This document shows positions 30,007-38,936 of a stretch of 47,681 nucleotides of DNA, piece after piece (positions within the stretch are counted from its first letter, which is position 1; each line of letters begins with the position of its first letter). Source of the DNA: an uncultured Bacteroidaceae bacterium (GTDB taxonomy: Bacteria; Bacillota; Clostridia; Christensenellales; CAG-917); contig CAZQGE010000005.1 of NCBI GenBank assembly GCA_964592815.1, positions 1 through 47,681 on the forward strand. The letters run 5' to 3'. The position numbers and the translations under genes are program-made. The notes under the pieces were generated by a model, which ran no database searches, was not told the DNA's origin, and saw nothing but the letters and a program-made list of their open reading frames with translations.

Positions 30007-31506
30007 CTACTTTATTGGTTTCATTGTTGGGAACAACAAAACTTCTCGTATTGAATAGCAATCGGTAAGCAACATAACAAGTCTGTCAATTCCTATTCCC
30101 AAACCGCCTGTTGGAGGCATTCCATATTCCAACGCAGTACAAAAATCTTCATCGTAAGGTTGCGCTTCGTCGTCTCCATTTTCCTTTTCTTTGACTTGTG
30201 CAATAAAGCGTTCTCTTTGGTCGTTAGGGTCGTTTAATTCGGAAAATGCGTTTGCAAGTTCACGACAAGTAATAAACAACTCAAAACGTTCTGTCAAGCG
30301 GTTGTCCGTTGGCTTTTTCTTTGCCAAAGGACTTACTTCAACAGGATAATCCGTAATGAATACAGGACCGTGTAATTTTTCTTCTACAAAACAGTCGAAA
30401 ACCTTGTAAAGTGCATTGCCCCAAGATGTGTTTTCATCAAGTTCCAAGCCCTTTGCGTTGGCTTGTTTAATTAAATTTGACAAATCTGCGTTGTCAAAGT
30501 CTATGCCAGTATATTTTCTGACAGCTTCAACCATTGTCAATCTTTGCCAAGGACGTGCCAAGGAAACAGGTTGACCTTGATAGCTAAGCTCCAAACTTCC
30601 GCACGCTTTTTCTGCGCAATGACAAATCAAGCGTTCAGATATATTCATCATTTCGTTATAATCAACGTATGCTTGATAAAGTTCAACAGTAGTAAATTCG
30701 GGGTTATGTTTTGGGTCCATACCTTCGTTGCGGAAAATTCTGCCCATTTCATAAACCTTTTCAAAGCCGCCGACAATCAATCTTTTTAAGTAAAGCTCAG
30801 TCGCAATACGCATATACATATCAACGTCCAAGGTGTTGTGGTGAGTAATAAACGGTCTTGCATTTGCGCCACCCGCCAAAGTATTCAACACAGGTGTTTC
30901 AACTTCAACAAAGCCCTCTCCATCTAAAAACTCACGAACTGCGCTGACAATTTTGCTTCTTTTTACAAAGACGTCTTTAACTTCAGGGTTGGCAATCAAG
31001 TCAACGTAACGTTGACGAAATCTAAGCTCGGGGTCTTTAAGTCCGTGGTATTTTTCAGGCAACGGCAACATAGCTTTTGCAAGCAAAGTAACCTTTGTAA
31101 CGTGCAAAGTAATTTCTCCCGTTTTGGTTTTGAAAACTCTGCCTTCAACACCAACAATGTCGCCGACGTCAAGTTTTTTGAAATCCATATATTCGTCCAC
31201 GCCCATATCGTCTCGGCTGAAATATCCTTGAATTTTGCCGTCGCTGTCCATAACGTGACCAAAACTTGCCTTGCCCATAATTCTTTTGGACATAAGACGT
31301 CCAGCAATTACGACAGTTTTTTCTTCAAAAGCATCATAATCTGCAAGAATTGCGCCTGCTGTTGCGGTTCTATTAAATGAAACGATTTCAAAAGGATTTT
31401 TTCCTTTTGAAATCAAATCGTTTAGCTTTTCATTTCTGACCTTTCTTATTTCGCTTAGGTCAACTTCCACTTCTTCATTCGCATTATTGCGAATTTCTTC
31501 ATTCAT
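30007..31506 (-). CDS. lysS: Lysine--tRNA ligase (class II)
   Basis: OB-fold (GKASF), RQRYVDL, FRNEG, HNPEFT, YGMPPTGGLGIGIDRL. Confidence 0.98.
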   Translation of the reverse strand: MNEEIRNNANEEVEVDLSEIRKVRNEKLNDLISKGKNPFEIVSFNRTATAGAILADYDAFEEKTVVIAGRLMSKRIMGKASFGHVMDSDGKIQGYFSRDDMGVDEYMDFKKLDVGDIVGVEGRVFKTKTGEITLHVTKVTLLAKAMLPLPEKYHGLKDPELRFRQRYVDLIANPEVKDVFVKRSKIVSAVREFLDGEGFVEVETPVLNTLAGGANARPFITHHNTLDVDMYMRIATELYLKRLIVGGFEKVYEMGRIFRNEGMDPKHNPEFTTVELYQAYVDYNEMMNISERLICHCAEKACGSLELSYQGQPVSLARPWQRLTMVEAVRKYTGIDFDNADLSNLIKQANAKGLELDENTSWGNALYKVFDCFVEEKLHGPVFITDYPVEVSPLAKKKPTDNRLTERFELFITCRELANAFSELNDPNDQRERFIAQVKEKENGDDEAQPYDEDFCTALEYGMPPTGGLGIGIDRLVMLLTDCYSIREVLLFPTMKPIK

Positions 31507-31513
31507 ATTAAAC

Positions 31514-31981
31514 CTACTTTATTGATATTATTTTATAAGTAATGACTGCGCCGTTAGGAGTGGGAACATCCACTTTCTCGTTTTTCTTTTTGCCGATTAG
31601 CGCAGCACCCAAAGGTGACTCGTTGCTGATTTTCATTTCCGCAGCATTAGCTTCCGTAGTGCCAACAATGCGATATTCAAGTTTTTCGTTAAATTCTATA
31701 TCCAAAAGTTCAACGACACTTCCAATTGAAACACGGTTGCGATTGCCTTCTTCCTCAATGATAACAGCGTGTTGAATTTTCTCTTCAAGTTCTTTAATTT
31801 CAGATTCAACAAAACTTTGTTCTTCTTTTGCCGCATCATACTCGGCATTTTCAGATAAATCGCCAAATTCTCTTGCAATCTTAATTTTTTCAGAAACTTC
31901 TTTGCGTTTTACAACCATCAAGTATTCGTGCTTTTGTTTGAGTTCTTCAAGACCTTCCTTTGTGAGATATACTTCTTTCAT
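31514..31981 (-). CDS. greA: Transcription elongation factor GreA
   Basis: GDLSENAEYDAAK and ISNESPLGAAL. Confidence 0.97.
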   Translation of the reverse strand: MKEVYLTKEGLEELKQKHEYLMVVKRKEVSEKIKIAREFGDLSENAEYDAAKEEQSFVESEIKELEEKIQHAVIIEEEGNRNRVSIGSVVELLDIEFNEKLEYRIVGTTEANAAEMKISNESPLGAALIGKKKNEKVDVPTPNGAVITYKIISIK

Positions 31982-31998
31982 ACTTCCCTCCGTGGCAA

Positions 31999-32817
31999 CT
32001 ATTCTGCCTCAGTTTTTTTTGTATCGGATTCATCGTTGTCATCGGACTTAATTTCTTCCGCATTTTCTGCGTCAACTGTTGTTGCGCTTTCCGCCTCAAC
32101 TTCTGTGGCGAGTTTTATTTCTTCGGATTGTGCATCCTCGGGTACTACGCTGAACGCTGGGTCTATTGCTGCGTTATCTTCAACGTTCATCACGTTTGTT
32201 GCATCTTTATTTTCCTCAGATAATTCAACCTTTGCGTATTCTGCTTCTTCGGCTTTGATTTCAGCTATTTCTACGTCTGCCTTTTCCATAAGAGCTTTTT
32301 CGTTTGCAACGTAACGAGGTTGCAAAGAAATAACTTTGATTTCAATGGCGTGAAAACGGAAACCTAATGCTCCCAAAAATTCATCTTCCAACAAAGTTCT
32401 AATATAAGTTTCAGCATCAACAACATCTTTGCCAACAACTCTTACGTTCACTTTAAGTCTGACGCCGTATTCATTGGTCACCAACGTAACTTTTTTGCAT
32501 TTTACGCCTTCAACCTTTGCGCAAGTCTCTCTGACTAATTTTCTTACAACGCCGATAGAAACCTTGATTGAGCCTTTTGATTTGCTTCTTACTATAATTT
32601 CTTTAACAACATCGCTGTTGATAAAAATGAACACCAAACTTGTTATCGCCAAAATAAAATACAAGACGGCTAACGTAATAACCAAACCTTTTACAAGGTT
32701 TGAATTAAACTCTTCCGTTGTAATTCCACCAAAAGCAGTAACCAACAAAATCATAATTAAAATAATGGCAACGACAAGGCTGGCTGATGCGAATATCTTT
32801 TCTAAATTCTTTTTCAT
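31999..32817 (-). CDS. Membrane protein, AmaP/Asp23-like, with acidic tail; start revised to MKKNLEK
   Basis: Two N-terminal TM helices, GSIKVS...VEGV Asp23-like pattern, SD GGAGG. Confidence 0.55.
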   Translation of the reverse strand: MKKNLEKIFASASLVVAIILIMILLVTAFGGITTEEFNSNLVKGLVITLAVLYFILAITSLVFIFINSDVVKEIIVRSKSKGSIKVSIGVVRKLVRETCAKVEGVKCKKVTLVTNEYGVRLKVNVRVVGKDVVDAETYIRTLLEDEFLGALGFRFHAIEIKVISLQPRYVANEKALMEKADVEIAEIKAEEAEYAKVELSEENKDATNVMNVEDNAAIDPAFSVVPEDAQSEEIKLATEVEAESATTVDAENAEEIKSDDNDESDTKKTEAE

Positions 32818-32912
32818 AATGCCTCCGACAAAAAAATTTTGACTCTGCTGAGTCAATTAGCGCGTTTTAACGCGTCTAGCGGTATTGTCACTCCACTCGT
32901 TTATTTTTAATA

Positions 32913-32941
32913 AATATATACTAAAAACGCTATTTCGTCAA
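32913..32941 (-). promoter_or_regulatory. Sigma-A-type promoter for orf-greA-lysS
   Basis: TTGACG-N17-TATATT. Confidence 0.6.
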
Positions 32942-33031
32942 GCGTTTGTTTTCTTTATGCTCAAAGCATAAAGTTGATTGAATATATTATATGAAGAACT
33001 ATAATTATTACGCGATAAAAATTTGAAAAAT

Positions 33032-33060
33032 AAAAAAAAGGACGCCAATTAGGCGTCCTT
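33032..33060 (-). terminator. Terminator of transketolase operon 1
   Basis: AAGGACGCC/GGCGTCCTT stem with a U-run on the minus strand. Confidence 0.8.
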
Positions 33061-33076
33061 AACGTTAAAAATGTTT

Positions 33077-34021
33077 TTACTTTCTTGCAACTGCAGCTTT
33101 TGCCTTTGCAATGATATTGTCTGTGGTAAGTCCAAACGTTTCGCAAAGATATTTGTAGTTTCCAACTTCGCCAAAACGATTTTCAACACCAACTCTCTCA
33201 ACTGGAACAGGACATTTTGCAACAACAACTTCGGATACTGCGCTATTAAGTCCACCGTAAACGCTGTGATTTTCACAAGTTACGATTGCGCCTGTATTTT
33301 TGCACGCTGCAACGATTGCGTCCTCGTCAATAGGCTTCCAAGTGTGAATGTTGAGTACGGCTGCGTCAATACCTTCTGCTTTCAATCTATCCGCCGCCTC
33401 AATAGCTTTTACAACCATAACACCCGATGCAATCAACGTAACGTCTTTGCCATCACGAATTTTGATTGCCTTTCCAAGTTCAAAATCAAGGCTGTCATCA
33501 AAAATTTGGTCGGCTTGTTTACGGAACATTCTTGTATAAACTGCGCCTGGATAATCTATAATTTGTGGCAAAGCCTTTTCCATCATAGCTGAATCTGTAG
33601 GCTCAAAACATACCATTTTTGGGATTGCACGCATAATTGACATATCTTCAAAAGGCATATGCGTTCCGCCATTTGCTTGCGCAACTACGCCTGGGTCTGA
33701 ACCAACAATTTTAACGGGGAGCTTTGCGTAAGCTACTGAAATAAAAATTTGGTCATAGCAACGTCTTGTTGCAAAGGGGGCAAAGCTGAATGCAAACGGA
33801 ATCTTGCCGAATGCCGCCATACCTGCCGCAACGCCAATCATATTTGCTTCTGCAATTCCGACGTTGATAAATCTTTCAGGGAATGCTTCCTTAAAGCATT
33901 TTGTTGCGTGACAACTCATAAGGTCGGCATCAAGAACGACAATTCTGTTGTCTTTCTCGGCGGCTTTTGTAAGCCCTTGCGCCATAGTTTGTCTCATTTC
34001 TTTTTGGTCAAGCACACTCAT
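33077..34021 (-). CDS. Split transketolase 1, C-terminal (Pyr/C) subunit; start revised to MSVLDQ
   Basis: DADL, GIAEANM, NGGTHMPFED, ENHS; TAATG coupling to the upstream subunit. Confidence 0.9.
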   Translation of the reverse strand: MSVLDQKEMRQTMAQGLTKAAEKDNRIVVLDADLMSCHATKCFKEAFPERFINVGIAEANMIGVAAGMAAFGKIPFAFSFAPFATRRCYDQIFISVAYAKLPVKIVGSDPGVVAQANGGTHMPFEDMSIMRAIPKMVCFEPTDSAMMEKALPQIIDYPGAVYTRMFRKQADQIFDDSLDFELGKAIKIRDGKDVTLIASGVMVVKAIEAADRLKAEGIDAAVLNIHTWKPIDEDAIVAACKNTGAIVTCENHSVYGGLNSAVSEVVVAKCPVPVERVGVENRFGEVGNYKYLCETFGLTTDNIIAKAKAAVARK

Positions 34022-34839
34022 TATTCCGTCCTCCCTGTTTCTTTTCTCCAAAGTTCCTCGGGGATTGACATACTGTGACAGTTTGCAACACCTTCTGTGA
34101 ATGATGCGCCGTGTCCTTTAACAGTACGCAAAACAATCATTGACGGCATACCCTTTTGAGCTTTTGCATTATCAATAGCATCTGAAATTTGTTCCAAGTT
34201 GTGTCCGTCAACGTCTTGAACAAAGAAGTTAAAGGCTTTCCACTTGTCAACAATTGGTTCAAGTTTGTTTATAGACTCAACTGAACCGTCCAACTGCATT
34301 TTGTTGCTGTCAATGAAAACAATAAGATTGTCAAGTTTATGAGAGCCAGCAAACATACTCGCCTCCCAAATTTGACCTTCTTGGCTTTCACCGTCGCCGA
34401 CAAAACAGTAAATTGTAGCGGGGTTTTTATCAATTTTTGCAGCAACAGCCATTCCAACTGCGCCAGATAAACCTTGTCCTAATGAACCAGCGGTAAAATC
34501 GATACCAGGTGTCTTAGTCATATCGCAGTGTGAAGGCAAGTTTGTGCCGTTTTGATTAAGTGTTTTTGTCCATTCTTGTGGGTAATATCCCAAATCTGCT
34601 AAAACCGCATACAAAGCAGGTCCAGCGTGACCCTTTGACATAATCACCCTGTCTCTGTCTTGCTTAGACGGGTTTTTTGGGTCGATATTTGCCTTGTCAT
34701 AATAAATGACTGTGAGAGCATCCATAACCGACATTACGCCACCGATATGACCAACGCCATAGCGTCCGATAATTTCTATCGCATCATAACGAAGTTTTTG
34801 GACTTTCTCTTTCAAAAAATTAAGTTTTGAAGTTTCCAT
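34021..34839 (-). CDS. Split transketolase 1, N-terminal (ThDP-binding) subunit
   Basis: GHIGG, SKGHA, GSLGQG, GDGESQEG...N. Confidence 0.92.
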   Translation of the reverse strand: METSKLNFLKEKVQKLRYDAIEIIGRYGVGHIGGVMSVMDALTVIYYDKANIDPKNPSKQDRDRVIMSKGHAGPALYAVLADLGYYPQEWTKTLNQNGTNLPSHCDMTKTPGIDFTAGSLGQGLSGAVGMAVAAKIDKNPATIYCFVGDGESQEGQIWEASMFAGSHKLDNLIVFIDSNKMQLDGSVESINKLEPIVDKWKAFNFFVQDVDGHNLEQISDAIDNAKAQKGMPSMIVLRTVKGHGASFTEGVANCHSMSIPEELWRKETGRTE

Positions 34840-34859
34840 AATTATCCTCCTACTCCGTC

Positions 34860-34888
34860 ATTATATCACCCGTCTTTGGATAATTCAA
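34860..34888 (-). promoter_or_regulatory. Sigma-A-type promoter of transketolase operon 1
   Basis: TTGAAT-N17-TATAAT with TG extension. Confidence 0.7.
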
Positions 34889-35092
34889 GGCTTTATACAT
34901 AAATTGTTCATAATTTAACTATTAACAATTTAACCAACATAAACAATCTAAATTTTATTGATTTCAACATTCTAACCGCCTAAATAAATGCTAGTAATTA
35001 TAGGTTATAAAAAAATAAATGCAATATTAGTATTTTTTTGTTGTTTATAAAAAAACTAGCTATAATGCGCTTCAAGCGTTAAAGGAGAAAAG

Positions 35093-35599
35093 ATGCAACA
35101 AAAATCAAAATTGAAAAATAACACCATTCTAATGTGTGCAATATCTATTGTGGCAATTTTATTATTTTTAACGGCAATAGGAATGAGCGTTTTTGCAATT
35201 TCATCACCAAACACCTCAACGGAAGTGCAAACGCAAAGCACAAACGTGGCGGATGCCATCAGATTTAACATCTACTCTTTGGTTACACCTAAGATAATCA
35301 ACTTTTACGAAAGCTGTATTTCAAATAAAAAAGTTGCAAGCCATATCGTTGGCGAACAAAGGGTAAAAATGATGGAGCAATATGGAATTACCTCGACTTC
35401 TAAGCTATCAGGGTTGCTTATTGTCCACGATTTAGTCAATATGACTGGTGGCAAAATTGATATGGAAGGGCTTTCAAAAATGAAAGACAAAGACGTTTTC
35501 GCTCTGGCAAGAAAACATATGGAAATCTATAAAAATTCATTGAGTGAACAACAAAGAAACGACCTTAACACCAAATTTAATAACCTCAAAAATAGTTAA
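35093..35599 (+). CDS. Hypothetical exported or membrane-anchored helical protein
   Basis: SD AAGGAG, upstream TATAAT, N-terminal hydrophobic helix, downstream terminator. Confidence 0.75.
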   Translation: MQQKSKLKNNTILMCAISIVAILLFLTAIGMSVFAISSPNTSTEVQTQSTNVADAIRFNIYSLVTPKIINFYESCISNKKVASHIVGEQRVKMMEQYGITSTSKLSGLLIVHDLVNMTGGKIDMEGLSKMKDKDVFALARKHMEIYKNSLSEQQRNDLNTKFNNLKNS

Positions 35600-35633
35600 C
35601 TTTTTCAACTGTTTACTTGGTAAAATATTATGT

Positions 35634-35677
35634 GCGACACACTGAATTTTAACCAAACAAGTGTGTCGCTATTTTTT
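35634..35677 (+). terminator. Intrinsic terminator
   Basis: GCGACACACT/AGTGTGTCGC stem then TATTTTTT. Confidence 0.65.
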
Positions 35678-35710
35678 ACATATTTCTAAATTTATATTAT
35701 TTTTTTGGGG

Positions 35711-35739
35711 TTGACTTATAAAAGTGGGTAGGATATAAT
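35711..35739 (+). promoter_or_regulatory. Near-consensus sigma-A promoter of transketolase operon 2
   Basis: TTGACT-N17-TATAAT. Confidence 0.8.
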
Positions 35740-35800
35740 TAAATGGTAAACTAATTTTTATTGGTTTCAATAATCGGAAAATTATGAAGGAGGGCTTATT

Positions 35801-36637
35801 ATGCCAAATAATGTATCAATTGATGAATTGAAAGCAAAGGCAAAGGAATTACGTCTTAACATAGTTCAGACCACATTCAATGCAACTTCTGGCCACGTCG
35901 GCGGTTCGATGTCAAGCGCAGATATGTTGATTGCTTTGTACTTCAAGTACTTAAACGTTGACCCGAAAAAACCAGGTTGGGACGAAAGAGACAGATTTAT
36001 TATGTCCAAAGGTCACTGCGCACTTTCTTATGTGCCAACTCTCGCAATGAGAGGCTTTATCGACCTTAACGAAGTAGTAACACAATTCAACAAGACAGGT
36101 TCTGCTTATGGTATGCACCCAGATAGCAAAAAAATTCCAGGCTGCGACGCTTCGACTGGTTCTTTGGGACACGGTTTGCCAATCGCTGTTGGAATGGCTA
36201 TCGGCTTGAAACTTAAAAAACTTAATAGCAAAGTCGTTGTTATGACTGGCGACGGCGAATGCCAAGAAGGTTCAAACTGGGAAGCTGCAATGTGCGCTGC
36301 TCACTACAAACTTGAAAATTTGATTTGGATTATCGACCGTAATAAGATGGAAATCGACGGACCTACCGAAGAAGTTATGGGGCTTGAACCTTTGGACAAA
36401 AAAGTAGATGCGTTTGGTTTCAAAGTCATAAAATGCAACGGTAACGATATGGTTGAAGTTGACAAGGCATTGGCAGAAGCATGGGCAACAAAAGGTCCAG
36501 TTTGCATAATTTCAAGCACGGTTAAGGGCTTTGGTATCAAAGAATTTGAAGGTAAACCTTCATGCCACTATGCTTCGTTTGGCGCAAGTGAAAAAGATAT
36601 GCAAGTCTATCTTAACGAAGTAAAAGAAAGATTTTAA
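35801..36637 (+). CDS. Split transketolase-like enzyme 2, N-terminal subunit
   Basis: GHVGGS, SKGHC, MHPD, GSLGHG, GDGECQEGSNWEA...N. Confidence 0.92.
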   Translation: MPNNVSIDELKAKAKELRLNIVQTTFNATSGHVGGSMSSADMLIALYFKYLNVDPKKPGWDERDRFIMSKGHCALSYVPTLAMRGFIDLNEVVTQFNKTGSAYGMHPDSKKIPGCDASTGSLGHGLPIAVGMAIGLKLKKLNSKVVVMTGDGECQEGSNWEAAMCAAHYKLENLIWIIDRNKMEIDGPTEEVMGLEPLDKKVDAFGFKVIKCNGNDMVEVDKALAEAWATKGPVCIISSTVKGFGIKEFEGKPSCHYASFGASEKDMQVYLNEVKERF

Positions 36638-36648
36638 GGAGGATAACT

Positions 36649-37656
36649 ATGGGTACCGCATGGAACGTATATGACGCAAATAAAATGTCTTCTGGTGCAA
36701 TGTACGGCAAAACTCTTGCCGAACTTGCTGAAAAAGACCCCCGTATTATTGGTGTAACTGCTGACTTGGCAAAATCCACCAATATCGGTCTTATCACACA
36801 AGATGGTAAGCACCCAGAAAGACTTATCAACGTCGGTATTGCAGAACAAAACTTGTTCGGCTTAGCCGCAGGTCTTGCTAAGGTTGGTTATATCCCCTTT
36901 GCATCTACATTCGCAATTTTCGCGTGTTTGAGAGGTGGCGAACAAGTCAGAACAGACTGCGCTTACCAAAAGCTCCCCGTAAAAATTATCGCAACTCACG
37001 GCGGTTTGTCATTTGGCGCAGCTGGCTCAACTCACCATTGCATTGAAGACTTTGCCGTTATGCGCGCAATTCCAAATATGACAGTTGTTATCCCTGCCGA
37101 CGCTTTTGAAACAGCAAGCGCAATCAAGGCTTGTGTTGACATTCCAACACCTTTCTACCTCCGTGTAGGCCGTGGTATGGAACCACTTCTTCACGCAAGC
37201 GAAGACGAATACAAGTTTGAAATCGGCAAAGCTATGCAACTTAAAGACGGCAACGACGTTACAATCATCTCTTGTGGTGTTCCAACTCGTGATGCTCTTA
37301 TTGCAGGCGAAATGCTCGAAGAACAAGGTGTATCTGCACAAGTTATCAATATGCACACCTTGAAACCTATTGATAAAGAAGCCATCATTGAAGCAGCCAT
37401 CAAAACCCGTCGTATTGTTACTGTTGAAGAACACAACGTTATCGGTGGTTTGGGCGACGCTGTCGCAGCTGTTCTTGCTGAATCAGGCAAGAGATGCATA
37501 CTTACAAAAGTTGGCATTCCAGATGAGTTTGGTCCTATCGGCAAGCCAGAAGATTTGTATGCACTTTATAAACTTTCCAGCCAAGGTATTATGGAAACTG
37601 TTATGGAGTTGATGGGCAAAGAAATCGAAGAAGACGACTGGTCCGACGAAGACTAA
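36649..37656 (+). CDS. Split transketolase-like enzyme 2, C-terminal subunit (divergent acceptor site)
   Basis: TADLAKST, GIAEQN, GAAGSTHH, EEHNVIGGLG. Confidence 0.9.
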   Translation: MGTAWNVYDANKMSSGAMYGKTLAELAEKDPRIIGVTADLAKSTNIGLITQDGKHPERLINVGIAEQNLFGLAAGLAKVGYIPFASTFAIFACLRGGEQVRTDCAYQKLPVKIIATHGGLSFGAAGSTHHCIEDFAVMRAIPNMTVVIPADAFETASAIKACVDIPTPFYLRVGRGMEPLLHASEDEYKFEIGKAMQLKDGNDVTIISCGVPTRDALIAGEMLEEQGVSAQVINMHTLKPIDKEAIIEAAIKTRRIVTVEEHNVIGGLGDAVAAVLAESGKRCILTKVGIPDEFGPIGKPEDLYALYKLSSQGIMETVMELMGKEIEEDDWSDED

Positions 37657-37669
37657 TAGGAGGTGTAGT

Positions 37670-38590
37670 ATGAAAGCAAGCGATAAAGACGTCTTGACTA
37701 CCCAGTTATATTTCAATGCCGCTTTTCCTGCACTAAAAGTTCCTTTTGAAGAAGACCCTAAACAAGTTGAAAAATTTAAGAACGTCAACGCTATTGTGGA
37801 ATTCCGCGCAGCAGACGACGCAAATCCTCAAGCTTGTTACATAGTTTTCTTGACAGAAGAAGTTGCAGCTAAAGCAGCCAGCGGTAAACGCTTCAAAGTT
37901 TATCAAGGCGAATACCCAGGTTTCATTGAAATGGCTGACGGCAGCAAAGACGAATCTATTAAGGTTGTAAAAATGTACTTCAAATCTATCCCGAGCTTGC
38001 TTGGCGTATTCAAAGGCAATTCTCCTTTGGAAATGCTCGGCATTGTCTCTCCACTTTTGAAAAACATTGCAAACCCTGTAACTTTCAAGTTTTTATTCTT
38101 GATGCTTACACTTACAAAAACTATGCCTAACTTTGTCCCGACAGAAGACCAACCTTGGGAACAATATCTCAAAGTTAAATTGTCTTTGTTCTTGATTACC
38201 CGTGCGCTTTCAACCGCAAACAAACTCGGTTGGGAAGGCATTGCTCATTGGACAGAAAAACAACCAGACAGAACGTATCAATTCTTAGTTGGTCCAACTG
38301 TTGACAAAAATGGCAAAGAAATTTATCCTGGTATTTCTGCAAACTTACGTGTTAAAAACGGCAAGTCAAAAGCAGGAAAGGGAACTGCAAAATATCCATT
38401 TGTTTTGTACAAATTCCCCAACCCCGATTCTTGCTTGGCAGTTCTTACAAACAGATATGACTTTGTTGAATCTGTTGCAAGAGGCTGTGTTGAAGTTATC
38501 GGAGCAGGTGACAGCTACGCAGTTCAATTCAATGATTTGATGACAGCGTGCCAAAACTTGCTTGTACCAGATAAATTCGTACAAAAATAA
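37670..38590 (+). CDS. Hypothetical protein with tandem SCP2-like (sterol-carrier fold) domains
   Basis: C-terminal LRVKNGK..AGKG....F.......L.....F...V..G.VEVIG pattern; N-terminus aligns with 40248..41012; SD GGAGG. Confidence 0.6.
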   Translation: MKASDKDVLTTQLYFNAAFPALKVPFEEDPKQVEKFKNVNAIVEFRAADDANPQACYIVFLTEEVAAKAASGKRFKVYQGEYPGFIEMADGSKDESIKVVKMYFKSIPSLLGVFKGNSPLEMLGIVSPLLKNIANPVTFKFLFLMLTLTKTMPNFVPTEDQPWEQYLKVKLSLFLITRALSTANKLGWEGIAHWTEKQPDRTYQFLVGPTVDKNGKEIYPGISANLRVKNGKSKAGKGTAKYPFVLYKFPNPDSCLAVLTNRYDFVESVARGCVEVIGAGDSYAVQFNDLMTACQNLLVPDKFVQK

Positions 38591-38608
38591 GCATTGCATA
38601 ATTAAACA

Positions 38609-38640
38609 ATAAAAAACGCTTCATAAGAAGCGTTTTTTAT
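38609..38640 (+). terminator. Terminator of transketolase operon 2
   Basis: Perfect 14-bp inverted repeat ATAAAAAACGCTTC-ATAA-GAAGCGTTTTTTAT. Confidence 0.9.
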
Positions 38641-38756
38641 TTTACTTATTTTTAGAACTGTCAAATTAGATTTTTGTTTTTATCAACTTTGATTATCAAA
38701 CATATATCTATTTATAATCTTCATTTGAATTGTCATCTTTAATATTAACACAGGAT

Positions 38757-38847
38757 ATCAATTCAACTTTTCAGTTTAGAGTTTCAATTTAGAGTACCAA
38801 TTCATTTTTTCAATTCAAAGTTTCAATGCAAAGTGTAAACTTAGAAT
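38757..38847. repeat. Degenerate 13-bp tandem repeat, 6-7 units
   Basis: In-register units such as TTCAGTTTAGAGT, TTCAATTTAGAGT, TTCAATTCAAAGT, TTCAATGCAAAGT. Confidence 0.7.
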
Positions 38848-38875
38848 AGTTCTATCGTTGTTTATTGAAGCATAC

Positions 38876-38914
38876 AAAAACCCCTGCTCGCACCATAAGT
38901 TTAAGCAGGGGTTT
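38876..38914 (-). terminator. Terminator of the aminotransferase operon
   Basis: AAACCCCTGCT/AGCAGGGGTTT stem with a U-run on the minus strand. Confidence 0.8.
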
Positions 38915-38936
38915 AACTTTAATTTAACAACTAAAA

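Noticed and set aside
32845-32900. Fluoride (crcB) riboswitch, suggested by GGAGU...ACCGC...GCUAAU.GACUC
   Set aside because: The P1 stem (GGxGAU...UCxCC) is missing and no fluoride-related gene follows; kept only as a generic leader.
33077-37656. DXP synthase or pyruvate dehydrogenase E1 subunits
   Set aside because: The SKGH/GSLG N-subunit and two-gene layout fit split transketolases; there are no E2/E3 genes.
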